From assembly GCA_964526505.1 (NCBI GenBank), contig CAZGJC010000001.1, positions 16,105 through 80,104 of the forward strand: a stretch of 64,000 bases of DNA, in the 5' to 3' direction. The notes beneath the pieces are model-generated. The model was not told where the DNA came from and did no database searches. It saw nothing but the letters and a program-made list of their open reading frames with translations. Shown one piece after another: positions 27,553 through 37,268 of this stretch. The position numbers and the translations under genes were made by a program. Every line of letters starts with the position of its first letter. Position 1 is the first letter of the stretch. This DNA comes from an uncultured Clostridium sp. (lineage in GTDB: Bacteria > Bacillota > Clostridia > Oscillospirales > CAG-272).

Positions 27553-29391
27553 ATGTGTGGAATAATCGGATATATAGGTGATGAGCAAGCGGCACCTATT
27601 CTTATAGACGGGCTTAGCAAACTCGAATATCGAGGATACGATTCGGCAGGAATTGCCGTTAGAAATAAAGATAATGATATAGAAGTTGTAAAGGCTTGCG
27701 GAAAACTTGTTGTTCTTTCAAAGAAGATAGAGGATGACGAGAAAGTTAACGGTTGCTCGGGGATAGGTCACACGAGATGGGCAACGCACGGCGTGCCGTC
27801 TGAAATAAACTCACATCCCCACGTGAGTTCCGATGGAGAAGTTGCACTTGTTCATAACGGAATCATTGAAAATTATATTGAATATAAAGAAAAACTTATC
27901 GCAGAAGGATATTCGTTTAAATCGGAAACGGACAGCGAAGTCGTTGCAAATATGCTTTCGTATTATTACAAAGAGTGCAACAAAAATCCCGAGGTGACTA
28001 TTTCGAAGGTAATGCATCTGATAGACGGTTCGTATGCTTTCGGAATAATGTTTAAAGACTACCCGGACGCAGTGTACGTTGCGAAAAACAAAAGTCCTCT
28101 TGTGATAGGTAAGGCATCCGATGGATTTTATGCGGCGTCTGACGTATCGGCACTTATATCTCATACGAGAAGCATTTATTATCTCGAAGATAAAGAAATG
28201 GCTGTATTGAAACGAGACGAAGCGAAGTTTTTGGACATTGACCTCACACCTTTAAACAAGGCGTGTGAAGAGATTTTGTGGGACGTTGAAACCGCAGAAA
28301 AAGGTGGATACGACTTTTTTATGCTCAAAGAAATAGAAGAGCAACCGAAAGCAGTGAACGATACTTTGGGCAGATATATACAGAACGGCGAAATATCTCT
28401 TGAATCTGTCGGAATTACAGATGAACAGATAAGATCTCTTGAAAGAATTTATATTATTGCATGCGGTTCCGCTTATCACGTTGCGGAAATAGCAAAATAT
28501 GAAATAGAAAGAGTTGCGAAAATTCCCGTTGAAACAGAGGTTGCATCTGAGTTCAGATACAGAAACAGGGTTTTGGCGAAAAACTCCGCTGTGATAATCG
28601 TATCGCAATCCGGTGAAACGGCAGATAGTATTGCGGCACTCAATTTTGCAAAAGACGCAGGTGTACCCGTATACGGCATTGTAAACGTTGTCGGTTCGGC
28701 TATTGCACGTGCATCCGATGGTGTTATGTATACCGTTGCGGGACCTGAAAAATCCGTGGCAACAACAAAAGCATACAGTGCCCAACTTATATGTGTATAT
28801 TTGCTTGCCATAAAGTTTGCGTTTGTCAGAGGAGAAATATCGAAATCCGAATACAAAGAATATATAACCGAGATTGCAACTCTTCCTGAAAAAATCAAAA
28901 CTTGTTTTGAAGATAAAGAAAAAATCCAAACATTTGCAAACAGCATTTCAGATATTAAAGAAGCTTTCTTTATAGGCAGAGGCGTAGATTATGCTTTGGC
29001 TCTTGAAGGCAGTTTGAAGTTAAAGGAAATAAGTTACGTTCATTCCGATGCATATGCCGCAGGTGAATTAAAACACGGCACAATAAGTCTTATAGAAGAC
29101 GGAACGCCGGTTATAGGAATAATGACGCAACAGGATTTACTTTCAAAGACCGCAAGTAATTTAAAAGAAGTTAAGAGTCGTGGTGCGTATGTTGTTGGAC
29201 TTTCGCTTTGCGACAAGACGGAGATTGACGAAATTGCTGATTTTAAACTCTATGTTCCGCAGACGCTCCCTATGTTTACGTCAAGTCTCGCTGTTGTGCC
29301 ACTTCAACTTTTGGCATACTACGTTGCAATTGCCAAAGGCAAAGACGTTGATAAACCCAGAAACCTTGCAAAGAGTGTTACTGTTGAGTAA
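27553..29391 (+). CDS. glmS: glutamine--fructose-6-phosphate aminotransferase (isomerising)
   Basis: MCGIIGYIG (N-terminal nucleophile Cys), two SIS domains, and the C-terminal KSVTVE. GGAGAA RBS present. The ORF-track start at 27520 is upstream of the true Met-Cys start. Confidence 0.97.
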   Translation: MCGIIGYIGDEQAAPILIDGLSKLEYRGYDSAGIAVRNKDNDIEVVKACGKLVVLSKKIEDDEKVNGCSGIGHTRWATHGVPSEINSHPHVSSDGEVALVHNGIIENYIEYKEKLIAEGYSFKSETDSEVVANMLSYYYKECNKNPEVTISKVMHLIDGSYAFGIMFKDYPDAVYVAKNKSPLVIGKASDGFYAASDVSALISHTRSIYYLEDKEMAVLKRDEAKFLDIDLTPLNKACEEILWDVETAEKGGYDFFMLKEIEEQPKAVNDTLGRYIQNGEISLESVGITDEQIRSLERIYIIACGSAYHVAEIAKYEIERVAKIPVETEVASEFRYRNRVLAKNSAVIIVSQSGETADSIAALNFAKDAGVPVYGIVNVVGSAIARASDGVMYTVAGPEKSVATTKAYSAQLICVYLLAIKFAFVRGEISKSEYKEYITEIATLPEKIKTCFEDKEKIQTFANSISDIKEAFFIGRGVDYALALEGSLKLKEISYVHSDAYAAGELKHGTISLIEDGTPVIGIMTQQDLLSKTASNLKEVKSRGAYVVGLSLCDKTEIDEIADFKLYVPQTLPMFTSSLAVVPLQLLAYYVAIAKGKDVDKPRNLAKSVTVE

Positions 29392-29416
29392 TTTTAATAT
29401 TTGAGGAAAATAATAT

Positions 29417-30511
29417 ATGTCGAACTTGCTGGACTATATTTCTTGGAGAGGCGATCTTGAATTTACCGCCGACCCTTGCAACGAGGTTGACAATTTTATA
29501 TTCTGCATGGCGTCGTATGTTGATTTTAACAGAACATACGAGAGTTACAATCCATCTGTTAAGATAAGCGTAAAAGAAGCGGCGAAATCGTATTGCAATT
29601 CTTTTGATATACAAGCGATTAAATTGTTCGGCGGTTCAATAATTCCATGGGAAAAAATTAAAGATTTGCTTTGCAAAATGGGAAATAGCCGAAGATTTGC
29701 AAACGTGGGAATTTCGGATTTTGTAAATGAAGTCGATTATAACGGCGAAATGCAATTTTCAGCAGTGACATATCATTTGAGCAAAGATGAAATGTTTATT
29801 GCGTTCCGTGGCACTGACGGTACACTTGTAGGGTGGAAAGAGGATTTTCGTCTTGCATATTTGGAGACTGTGCCTGCTCAAAAGCGAGCGGTGAGATATC
29901 TTGAATACGTAGCAAATAAATATCCCGAAAAAAATTTTTACGTGGGTGGTCACTCAAAGGGCGGCAATCTTGCAAAATATTCGGCAATATATGCCACGCC
30001 GTCCGTATCCGAGCGTATACTGGAAGTCTTTAATAATGATGGTCCCGGGTTTTTAAGAAATTCGGTCAATCCCGAACAGGTTTCTAAAATAGAAAAGCGA
30101 ATAAAAAATTTTATTCCTCAATCGTCTCTTGTCGGTCAAATGCTTGAACACAACGGTCGGGAAATTATAGTCAAGAGCAATTATATCGGTGTATATCAAC
30201 ATGATATATTCGGATGGGAAATTATGGGTAACCACGCTGTGAAATTAAAGAAATTCACACGTACGGGAGAGATTAACCGAGAAATATTCGGTATACGCAT
30301 AAATGCGATGAGCATCGATGAACGAAAAGAGTTTATCGACACTTTCTGTCGAATTATAGATGCACTTGATGCAAAAACCATCGGAGATTTATCTGAGGCG
30401 AAAATAAAAAATACGGCACTTATGATTAAAGGTTTCAGCGGTTTGGAAAAAGAAAAAAAGCAACTTATGCTTGACGTTCTTTCACGATTGCTCCACGGAG
30501 AAAAAAGTTGA
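29417..30511 (+). CDS. alpha/beta-hydrolase-like protein of the DUF2974 / Mbeg1-like type (putative lipase/esterase)
   Basis: FRGTDGTLVGWKEDF and GHSKGGNLAKY (GxSxG nucleophile elbow). Confidence 0.62.
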   Translation: MSNLLDYISWRGDLEFTADPCNEVDNFIFCMASYVDFNRTYESYNPSVKISVKEAAKSYCNSFDIQAIKLFGGSIIPWEKIKDLLCKMGNSRRFANVGISDFVNEVDYNGEMQFSAVTYHLSKDEMFIAFRGTDGTLVGWKEDFRLAYLETVPAQKRAVRYLEYVANKYPEKNFYVGGHSKGGNLAKYSAIYATPSVSERILEVFNNDGPGFLRNSVNPEQVSKIEKRIKNFIPQSSLVGQMLEHNGREIIVKSNYIGVYQHDIFGWEIMGNHAVKLKKFTRTGEINREIFGIRINAMSIDERKEFIDTFCRIIDALDAKTIGDLSEAKIKNTALMIKGFSGLEKEKKQLMLDVLSRLLHGEKS

Positions 30512-30520
30512 TATGTTATA

Positions 30521-30555
30521 AAAAAGGAAGCACGACGAAATCGTGCTTCCTTTTT
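30521..30555. terminator. bidirectional intrinsic terminator
   Basis: aaaaaggaagcacga (30521-30535) / tcgtgcttccttttt (30541-30555). Confidence 0.8.
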
Positions 30556-30570
30556 GCAATATTGTAAAAG

Positions 30571-30807
30571 TTATCTGATGTCAACGTTAACTCTTTTTCC
30601 GCAATTGGATGATGCGGCTTTTATGACAGTACGTATTGCTTTTGCAATGCGACCGTGCTTTCCGATAACCATACCCATATCATCAGGTGCTACGCTAAGC
30701 ACGAGATTTATAGACGTTTCGGTTTCACTTGACGTTACCGTAACTTCATCCGGGTTATCAACAATAGCGGTTGCAATATTGCGTAACGTTTCTTTTAAGT
30801 CTACCAT
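30571..30807 (-). CDS. KH-domain RNA-binding protein (YlqC family)
   Basis: MGMVIGKHGRIAKAIRTV (GxxG KH motif). Lies directly downstream of rpsP. Confidence 0.85.
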   Translation of the reverse strand: MVDLKETLRNIATAIVDNPDEVTVTSSETETSINLVLSVAPDDMGMVIGKHGRIAKAIRTVIKAASSNCGKRVNVDIR

Positions 30808-30885
30808 AAAATTCTCCTGCCGTATATACGGTTTTTAGTGTGGATTTCAAAGAAATTCCGCTTGATTTTTGCTCAATAGCCTATA

Positions 30886-31128
30886 TTAGTCAATAATACC
30901 GGACTTTTTGAGAAGTGCTTTAACTGTTTCCGTGGGCTGTGCACCGTTTTTGATCCAGTTGTTTGCCTTGTCAGCGTCAATCTTGATTTCCACGGGAGTG
31001 GAAGTGGGATTGTAGTAGCCGATTTCTTCGATGAAACGACCGTCTCTGGGGTAACGGCTATCTGCAACAACTACTCTGTAAAAGGGGGCTTTCTTTGCAC
31101 CCATTCTTCTTAATCTGATCTTTACCAT
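30886..31128 (-). CDS. rpsP: 30S ribosomal protein S16
   Basis: [40 protein letters not shown]. Confidence 0.95.
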   Translation of the reverse strand: MVKIRLRRMGAKKAPFYRVVVADSRYPRDGRFIEEIGYYNPTSTPVEIKIDADKANNWIKNGAQPTETVKALLKKSGIID

Positions 31129-31218
31129 TTTTTTTGTCCTCCAAAATATAAATGAAAAATATTTTTATCTATTACGCTTGTGCGTTAACAGCAAATTGAT
31201 ATGATCCGGAAGGTCATA

Positions 31219-32568
31219 TTAAAAAGGGAATTTCATTTTTCCCAAAGCCTTTTTTCCTTGACGGGATTTACCCATATCGGAAAATTGCTTCATCATTTTT
31301 TTGATCTGGTCATATTGCTTTAAAAGTTTATTGACTTCTTCGACGCTTGTTCCGCTGCCGTTTGCCACTCTGACCTTGCGTGATGCATTCAGCAATTCCG
31401 GATGTTCACGCTCTTTTTTTGTCATGGATTTTATAATCGCTTCTTGATGAATCAATGTTTTCTCGTCGACTTTTGCACCCTTTAATGCACCCGGCTTGAT
31501 TCCGGGTATCATGCCTGCGAGTTGTTCAAGACTTCCCATTCCTCGAAGTTGTTGCATTTGATCCATATAGTCATCAAGAGTGAATATGGACTGACGAAGT
31601 TTTTCTTCGAGTTCTGCGGCTTTTTTTTCGTCGTATTGAGCCTGTGCTTTATCAATAAGAGTAAGTACGTCGCCCATGCCGAGAATTCTTCTCGCCATGC
31701 GGTCGGGATGAAAGGGTTCTATTGCATCGAGTTTTTCACCCATACCAACATATTTTATGGGTTTGCCCGTAACGTATCTTATCGAAAGTGCCGCACCGCC
31801 ACGAGTGTCGCCGTCAAGTTTTGTGAGAATGACGCCCGTGATATCAAGTAGATTGTTAAACGTTTCTGCAACATTGACGGACTCTTGACCGATCATCGAA
31901 TCTACTGTTAGTAATATTTCGGTGGGATTTACAGCACTTTTAATATCGGTGAGTTCTTTCATTAAGAGTTCATCGATTTGAAGACGTCCGGCGGTATCTA
32001 TAAATACCATATCAAAGCTCTTTTGATTTGCGTATTTTATACCTTCTGTGGCAATTTTAACGGGAGAAATTTTATCACCCATTGAGAAAACGGGGATTGA
32101 AAGTTTTTCGCCCACAACTTCCAACTGCTTAATTGCCGCAGGACGATAAACGTCACATGCCACGAGCAGGGGATTTTTTCCTTGCTTTTTATAAAGTCCC
32201 GCAAGTTTCCCGGCATGTGTTGTTTTGCCCGCACCTTGTAAGCCGACCATCATAATTATTGTAGGGGGCTTGGAAGCGATTTCAAGTTTTGCATTTGTGC
32301 CACCCATAAGAGAAGTGAGTTCTTCACAAACAATCTTGATTACCTGTTGTCCGGGGTTGAGAGATTCCAAAACCTCAGAGCCTACCGCACGTTCGGAAAC
32401 TGTTTTTATAAAATCACGAACAACTTTAAAGTTGACATCCGCTTCAAGCAAGGCGAGTTTGATTTCACGCATTCCTGCTTTAACGTCTGATTCGGTAAGT
32501 TTTCCTTTGTTTTTAAATTTTCTGAAGGCGTTTTCAAGTTTTTCACTCAAACTTTCAAACATTGACAT
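31219..32568 (-). CDS. ffh: signal recognition particle protein Ffh
   Basis: MFESLSEKL, GLQGAGKTT, DTAGR, TKLDGD, and a Met-rich M domain. GGAGG lies 9 nt upstream of the ATG at 32568. Confidence 0.96.
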   Translation of the reverse strand: MSMFESLSEKLENAFRKFKNKGKLTESDVKAGMREIKLALLEADVNFKVVRDFIKTVSERAVGSEVLESLNPGQQVIKIVCEELTSLMGGTNAKLEIASKPPTIIMMVGLQGAGKTTHAGKLAGLYKKQGKNPLLVACDVYRPAAIKQLEVVGEKLSIPVFSMGDKISPVKIATEGIKYANQKSFDMVFIDTAGRLQIDELLMKELTDIKSAVNPTEILLTVDSMIGQESVNVAETFNNLLDITGVILTKLDGDTRGGAALSIRYVTGKPIKYVGMGEKLDAIEPFHPDRMARRILGMGDVLTLIDKAQAQYDEKKAAELEEKLRQSIFTLDDYMDQMQQLRGMGSLEQLAGMIPGIKPGALKGAKVDEKTLIHQEAIIKSMTKKEREHPELLNASRKVRVANGSGTSVEEVNKLLKQYDQIKKMMKQFSDMGKSRQGKKALGKMKFPF

Positions 32569-32597
32569 GGCGTATTCCTCCTTCAAAATTTGTGTGA

Positions 32598-32930
32598 TTA
32601 TTCTATACTTTCGATTATTTTCTTTATTTCGGTTTTAAGAGCTTCGGACGCATTCTGCTTTTCACAAATTTCCAATGCACTTGACGCATGGCACTGTGCA
32701 TTGTGGAATTTCCTTGCAAGACCAAGTTTTTCTTCGTAAAAAAACAGTTCATCTTCCGCTTTCTTTATAATATCCCGAACTCCCTGACGGGAAATCTGCA
32801 TTTCGTTGGCTATTTCGGACAATGACATATCATTATTATAATAGTAATCAAGAACTGTTCTTTTTCGTTCTGTCAATACGTCCCCGTAAAAATCAAGGAG
32901 AAATGACACATTAAGATTTTTTTCAAACAC
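32598..32930 (-). CDS. ylxM: YlxM/p13-family putative DNA-binding protein (sigma-70 region-4-like HTH)
   Basis: LLDFYGDVLTERKRTVLDYYYNNDMSLSEIANEMQISRQGVRD. Lies upstream of ffh. GTG start at 32930. Confidence 0.8.
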   Translation of the reverse strand: MFEKNLNVSFLLDFYGDVLTERKRTVLDYYYNNDMSLSEIANEMQISRQGVRDIIKKAEDELFFYEEKLGLARKFHNAQCHASSALEICEKQNASEALKTEIKKIIESIE

Positions 32931-33106
32931 GAAAATATACCTCGATTTTGATGTAAAGCAAATCACTTTACAGATTATATCACACATTGCGGTAGATGTC
33001 AATAGTTTTATGGCAATTTTTAAAATTTTTCGTACGGATTATTATAATTATTCAAAATAATGGAAATAATCATTTTGCGGTTATCTTTGTGCGTTCCGGG
33101 GGCGTT

Positions 33107-33988
33107 ATGTGTCGGAAATTTTTAAATGGAATTTTTGTGTTTGCGGTTATATGTGTATGCACTATTATATTTTCATCGAGCGTATTAGAAAGAGATGATA
33201 TAACACCTCCGTGTATACGTCTGAAAAACGGTGACTGCATAAAATCATTGATTGGAGAAGGCATTTCTTTTTTGCCATTTCTTGATATTATCGATAACGT
33301 AACACCGTATGAAAAAATAAAAGTGAAAGTGGATTCGTCGGATGTTGATATATATAAAGTCGGCGTATATTATGCAACCGTTACGGCAATGGACAATTCC
33401 GGTAATTTATCAAGCGAAGTGATAAAAGTATTTATTTACAGTGAAGATATTACAAATGAAGAACTTATTGAACTGATACGCCATGACGTTTTGGAAATTT
33501 TAGACGAGTGTGCGACAAAAGAAGAAATATGTCGCAAAATATACTCATTTGTAAAGGAGAAGATACGTTATGGAAAATCGATTAATACCGATGATTATCT
33601 GCAATCTGCTTATTATGGAATGATTTACGGCATCGGAGACTGTTTTACGTCTTGTTCGCTTGCAAGATCGTTTTTGGATTGTTTTAACATAGAATATAAA
33701 ACCGTAAAGAGAAGTGATGGATACACATCGGATACTCACTATTGGTTGCTTGTAAACGTGGGAGATGAGGGAAGTGATGCGTGGTATCATCTTGACTGTA
33801 CACGTCTGAAATACCAGCCTTATCTTATGGGATGTCTTATGACGGATGCACAACTTGAACGTTACTGTAATTACAGATATTCGTATACGGGACAAAATAG
33901 TGATTTGTATTTTTATCGATACGAAAAAGAGTTGTTTCCTAATACGGAAACGAAAGTCATAACTGCGGTATATATGGAGGAACAATGA
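33107..33988 (+). CDS. membrane-anchored transglutaminase-like (Cys-His-Asp) ectoprotein with an Ig-like domain
   Basis: N-terminal TM helix. Ig-like segment YKVGVYYATVTAMDNSGNLSSEVIKVFIY. Transglutaminase core GIGDCFTSCSLA ... THYWLLV ... WYHLD. Confidence 0.75.
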   Translation: MCRKFLNGIFVFAVICVCTIIFSSSVLERDDITPPCIRLKNGDCIKSLIGEGISFLPFLDIIDNVTPYEKIKVKVDSSDVDIYKVGVYYATVTAMDNSGNLSSEVIKVFIYSEDITNEELIELIRHDVLEILDECATKEEICRKIYSFVKEKIRYGKSINTDDYLQSAYYGMIYGIGDCFTSCSLARSFLDCFNIEYKTVKRSDGYTSDTHYWLLVNVGDEGSDAWYHLDCTRLKYQPYLMGCLMTDAQLERYCNYRYSYTGQNSDLYFYRYEKELFPNTETKVITAVYMEEQ

Positions 33989-35508
33989 ATTTTTTAAGAA
34001 AAAACATTCTCGAATATCTTGAAGATGCCGTAAAGACTCATCCATACAAGATTGCGTTTTCTGATGAAAATCACGGTTATAATTTTTTTGAAGTATATGA
34101 TATGGCACGTCACATCGGAAGTTATATTTCATCTGTTGTCGGCACGGGAGAGTGTGTTGCAATTTTTATGGACAGAAGTGCCGAGGCGATAATTGCGTTT
34201 TTGGGAGCGGTTTATGCCGGTTGTTTTTATGTTTGCATCGACGTAAATGCACCGATTTTTCAAATTAAGTCGATCTTTGATACGACTACGCCGAAAATTG
34301 TAATTTACGACGAGAAATTTGAAGACATTTTGGAAAGCTTATGCCGTGATGTTTGCAAGGCAAAATTCTGCGACACTCGAATATACACGATAAATGAGGT
34401 AGAACTTGACAAAATACGCCGAGAGCAAACAGATGCGGATATTATGTATATTGTGTTTACGTCGGGTTCTACCGGTGTACCAAAAGGAGTCTGTGTCTCA
34501 CATGCATCTGTGATAGACTACACAGAAGCACTTTGCGAAACACTTGGATTTGATGAGAACTGCGTATTCGCTTGTCAGTCAGCTTTGTTTTCGGATGCAC
34601 CGTTAAAAGAGATTATGACAACGCTTAAATGTGGTTGTACTACGTATCTTGTGCCGAGTGAGATTTTTAAAACGCCGTATATTTTATGTGATTTTTTGAA
34701 TAGCCATAAAATAAATGCAGTTTGCTGGGTTCCGACGGCATTAAGTTTGATATCATCACTGGGATTGCTTGAAAAAAATAAGCCGATGTATCTTGATAAA
34801 ATTTGTTTTATGGGAGAGGAATTTTCAAGAGGAGAATATTTGAAATGGCGAGCGGCGTATCCGAAAGCATTTTTTTGCAATTTATACGGTCCTACCGAGG
34901 CTACCGGTACGTCTTGCTTCTGGGTGGCGAACAGAGAAATTGCCTGCGGTGAATCTATACCCATCGGAAAACCTTTTCCCAACACTCAAATATTGCTGAT
35001 AGGTCAAGACGGAAACATAGTGTCAAAAGAAGATACTTGTAAATTTGGCGAAATATATATCAAAGGCAGGTGTTTGAGCAACGGATATTACAATGATTCT
35101 GTAAGATCGAACAACGTGTTTGTTCAAAACCCGTTAAATGAACTTTACCGTGACATAGTGTATAAGACCGGGGATATTGCCAAGTACAACAAGTTTGGAG
35201 AACTTGTTTTTGTTTGTCGTTCCGATTTGCAAGTTAAACGAGGAGGACGTCGTATTGAACTGACGAGTATAGAATCCGTTGCCAAAAACTGTGGTGAGGT
35301 AACTTCTGCCTGCTGTATTTATTTTAAAGAGAATGATAAAATAGTTTTGTTTTATACGGGAGATGTTGATAATGCATCTTTGTATGTTGGTTTAAAAACT
35401 TATTTGCCCAAATATCATTTGCCTGACAGAATAGTCCAAATTAAGGAAATGCCGACTACGCCCACGGGGAAAACGGACAGAAACAAACTATTCGAAATGT
35501 ATAACTGA
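33985..35508 (+). CDS. DltA-like carrier-protein ligase (ANL adenylation enzyme)
   Basis: IVFTSGSTGVPKG (A3), NLYGPTEAT (A5), YKTGD (A8), RSDLQVKRGGRRIEL, and PTTPTGKTDR (A10). 507 aa with no condensation or thioesterase domains. ATGA overlap with the upstream gene. Confidence 0.85.
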   Translation: MNFLRKNILEYLEDAVKTHPYKIAFSDENHGYNFFEVYDMARHIGSYISSVVGTGECVAIFMDRSAEAIIAFLGAVYAGCFYVCIDVNAPIFQIKSIFDTTTPKIVIYDEKFEDILESLCRDVCKAKFCDTRIYTINEVELDKIRREQTDADIMYIVFTSGSTGVPKGVCVSHASVIDYTEALCETLGFDENCVFACQSALFSDAPLKEIMTTLKCGCTTYLVPSEIFKTPYILCDFLNSHKINAVCWVPTALSLISSLGLLEKNKPMYLDKICFMGEEFSRGEYLKWRAAYPKAFFCNLYGPTEATGTSCFWVANREIACGESIPIGKPFPNTQILLIGQDGNIVSKEDTCKFGEIYIKGRCLSNGYYNDSVRSNNVFVQNPLNELYRDIVYKTGDIAKYNKFGELVFVCRSDLQVKRGGRRIELTSIESVAKNCGEVTSACCIYFKENDKIVLFYTGDVDNASLYVGLKTYLPKYHLPDRIVQIKEMPTTPTGKTDRNKLFEMYN

Positions 35509-35521
35509 GGAGCGATGCAAG

Positions 35522-35749
35522 ATGAACGAACTTGTTGATTTATTGTCGGATATACGACCGGATGTGGATTTTATAAATGAAACAAGACTTATGGATGACT
35601 GTATACTTGATTCTCTTGATGTTGTAACGATTATTACCGAAATAGTCGAAAGGTTCGACGTTTCTATATCTCCTGAGAATATAACGTCTGAAAATTTTAA
35701 TTCGGCGAATCGTTTGTACAAACTTATATTGAGTCTTGGGAATAGATAA
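35522..35749 (+). CDS. DltC-like aminoacyl/acyl carrier protein
   Basis: 75 aa. ILDSLDVVTIITEI carries the phosphopantetheinyl Ser in a DltC-like context (compare B. subtilis DltC LLDSFGTVELL). Confidence 0.8.
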   Translation: MNELVDLLSDIRPDVDFINETRLMDDCILDSLDVVTIITEIVERFDVSISPENITSENFNSANRLYKLILSLGNR

Positions 35750-35750
35750 A

Positions 35751-37244
35751 ATGGAATTTACGTCGTGGATATTTGTGGCGTTCTTTATTTGTACATTGTT
35801 TTTGTACTACCGTATAAAGTATAAATTCCAATGGAGTGTCCTGCTTATTGCAAGTGTTTTTTTCTATTGGTCGACCGATTTCAGATTTTGTTTGTTTATT
35901 TTATTTACATCTTTTTCTGTTTGGATTGGCGGAATTGCAATGGAACGCTTAAAGCGGAGAAAAAAGACAATTCTTTGCATTGTCATTTTGTTGAACGTTT
36001 TTATTTTAATTGCCTTGAAATTTCGCAATTTGATGTTAACAGGTGTGCTTGATATAACGCAAACTCAAAAAATATTTCTTCCTCTCGGAATATCATATTA
36101 TACTCTCCAAAGTATAGGTTACATCATAGACCTATACCGTGGCAATACTGAATGTGAAAAAAGTTATGCTAAGTTTTTCCTGTTTGTCGCTTTCTTTCCA
36201 CAACTTGTGCAGGGACCCATATCAAGATATGGGCAGCTTGCAGAACAATTTTACGAGCCTCACTACTTTCGGTGGAACGTTATATCTTCGTCCTTTTTGC
36301 GTATTTCATTCGGTTACTTTAAAAAGATAGTTATTGCCGATGCTGTTTTTGGCGTTGTTAAAACAATCTCATCATTGCCGGATGTTTACAATGGCGGTTA
36401 CATGCTTGTACTTATAATTGCCTATTCTGTGACAATATACGCAGATTTTACTGGTGGAATGGATATAGCGATTGGCGTAGGGGAAGCGTTTGATTTAAAA
36501 ATGGCGGAAAATTTCAACCGACCGTTTGCGTCTGAAAATTTTGCGGAATACTGGAAAAGATGGCATATATCCCTGGGTGCGTGGTTTCAGGACTACATAT
36601 TCTATCCGCTTTCGGTTAGCAAACCAATGCAAAAGATTTTCAAATTGTGCAGAAATAAATTCGGCAAAAAAATCGGAAGACGAATACCTGTTTATATTTC
36701 TACATTGATTGTTTGGTTTGTGACGGGGATGTGGCACGGGTTGAGTTTTAATTTCATTACATGGGGAATTATCTGTGGCATAATTCTTATTATTTCACAA
36801 GAATTAAAGCCGGCATATGCTAAATTTCACGGCAAATACCCGCATCTTTCAAAGACGAAATATTATAAAATGTTTTGCAGGGTAAGAACATTTTTCATAG
36901 TCGGCTCTGTTCGTTTGTTGGATTTATACCAAGACGTGTGCCGTGCGTTCGCAAATTTTGCAAGTATATTTTATTGCTCGGATGGATGGATTGATATATT
37001 TTACAATGGCGGTCTGTTGCACCTTATTAGTCTTGATAAGTGCGTGACGGTAACGGTTGGGGTATTGCTCATATATATTGTGAGCAAACAGAGAAGCGAT
37101 ACGAAAACGTACTTGCAACGTAAGATATGCAATAGCCCGATGTTGACATGTTTATGCTTATCGTTTATAACGATTGCAATAGTGCTTTTCGGTTCGTATG
37201 GATTAGAATACGATGTATCGGCATTTATATACAACAAATTCTAA
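35751..37244 (+). CDS. MBOAT-family membrane O-acyltransferase (DltB/AlgI-like)
   Basis: Polytopic. NFAEYWKRWHISLGAWFQDYIFYP and WFVTGMWHG (the conserved MBOAT His). Confidence 0.88.
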   Translation: MEFTSWIFVAFFICTLFLYYRIKYKFQWSVLLIASVFFYWSTDFRFCLFILFTSFSVWIGGIAMERLKRRKKTILCIVILLNVFILIALKFRNLMLTGVLDITQTQKIFLPLGISYYTLQSIGYIIDLYRGNTECEKSYAKFFLFVAFFPQLVQGPISRYGQLAEQFYEPHYFRWNVISSSFLRISFGYFKKIVIADAVFGVVKTISSLPDVYNGGYMLVLIIAYSVTIYADFTGGMDIAIGVGEAFDLKMAENFNRPFASENFAEYWKRWHISLGAWFQDYIFYPLSVSKPMQKIFKLCRNKFGKKIGRRIPVYISTLIVWFVTGMWHGLSFNFITWGIICGIILIISQELKPAYAKFHGKYPHLSKTKYYKMFCRVRTFFIVGSVRLLDLYQDVCRAFANFASIFYCSDGWIDIFYNGGLLHLISLDKCVTVTVGVLLIYIVSKQRSDTKTYLQRKICNSPMLTCLCLSFITIAIVLFGSYGLEYDVSAFIYNKF

Positions 37245-37268
37245 ACAATGAGTTGAAAAATAAAGTGT

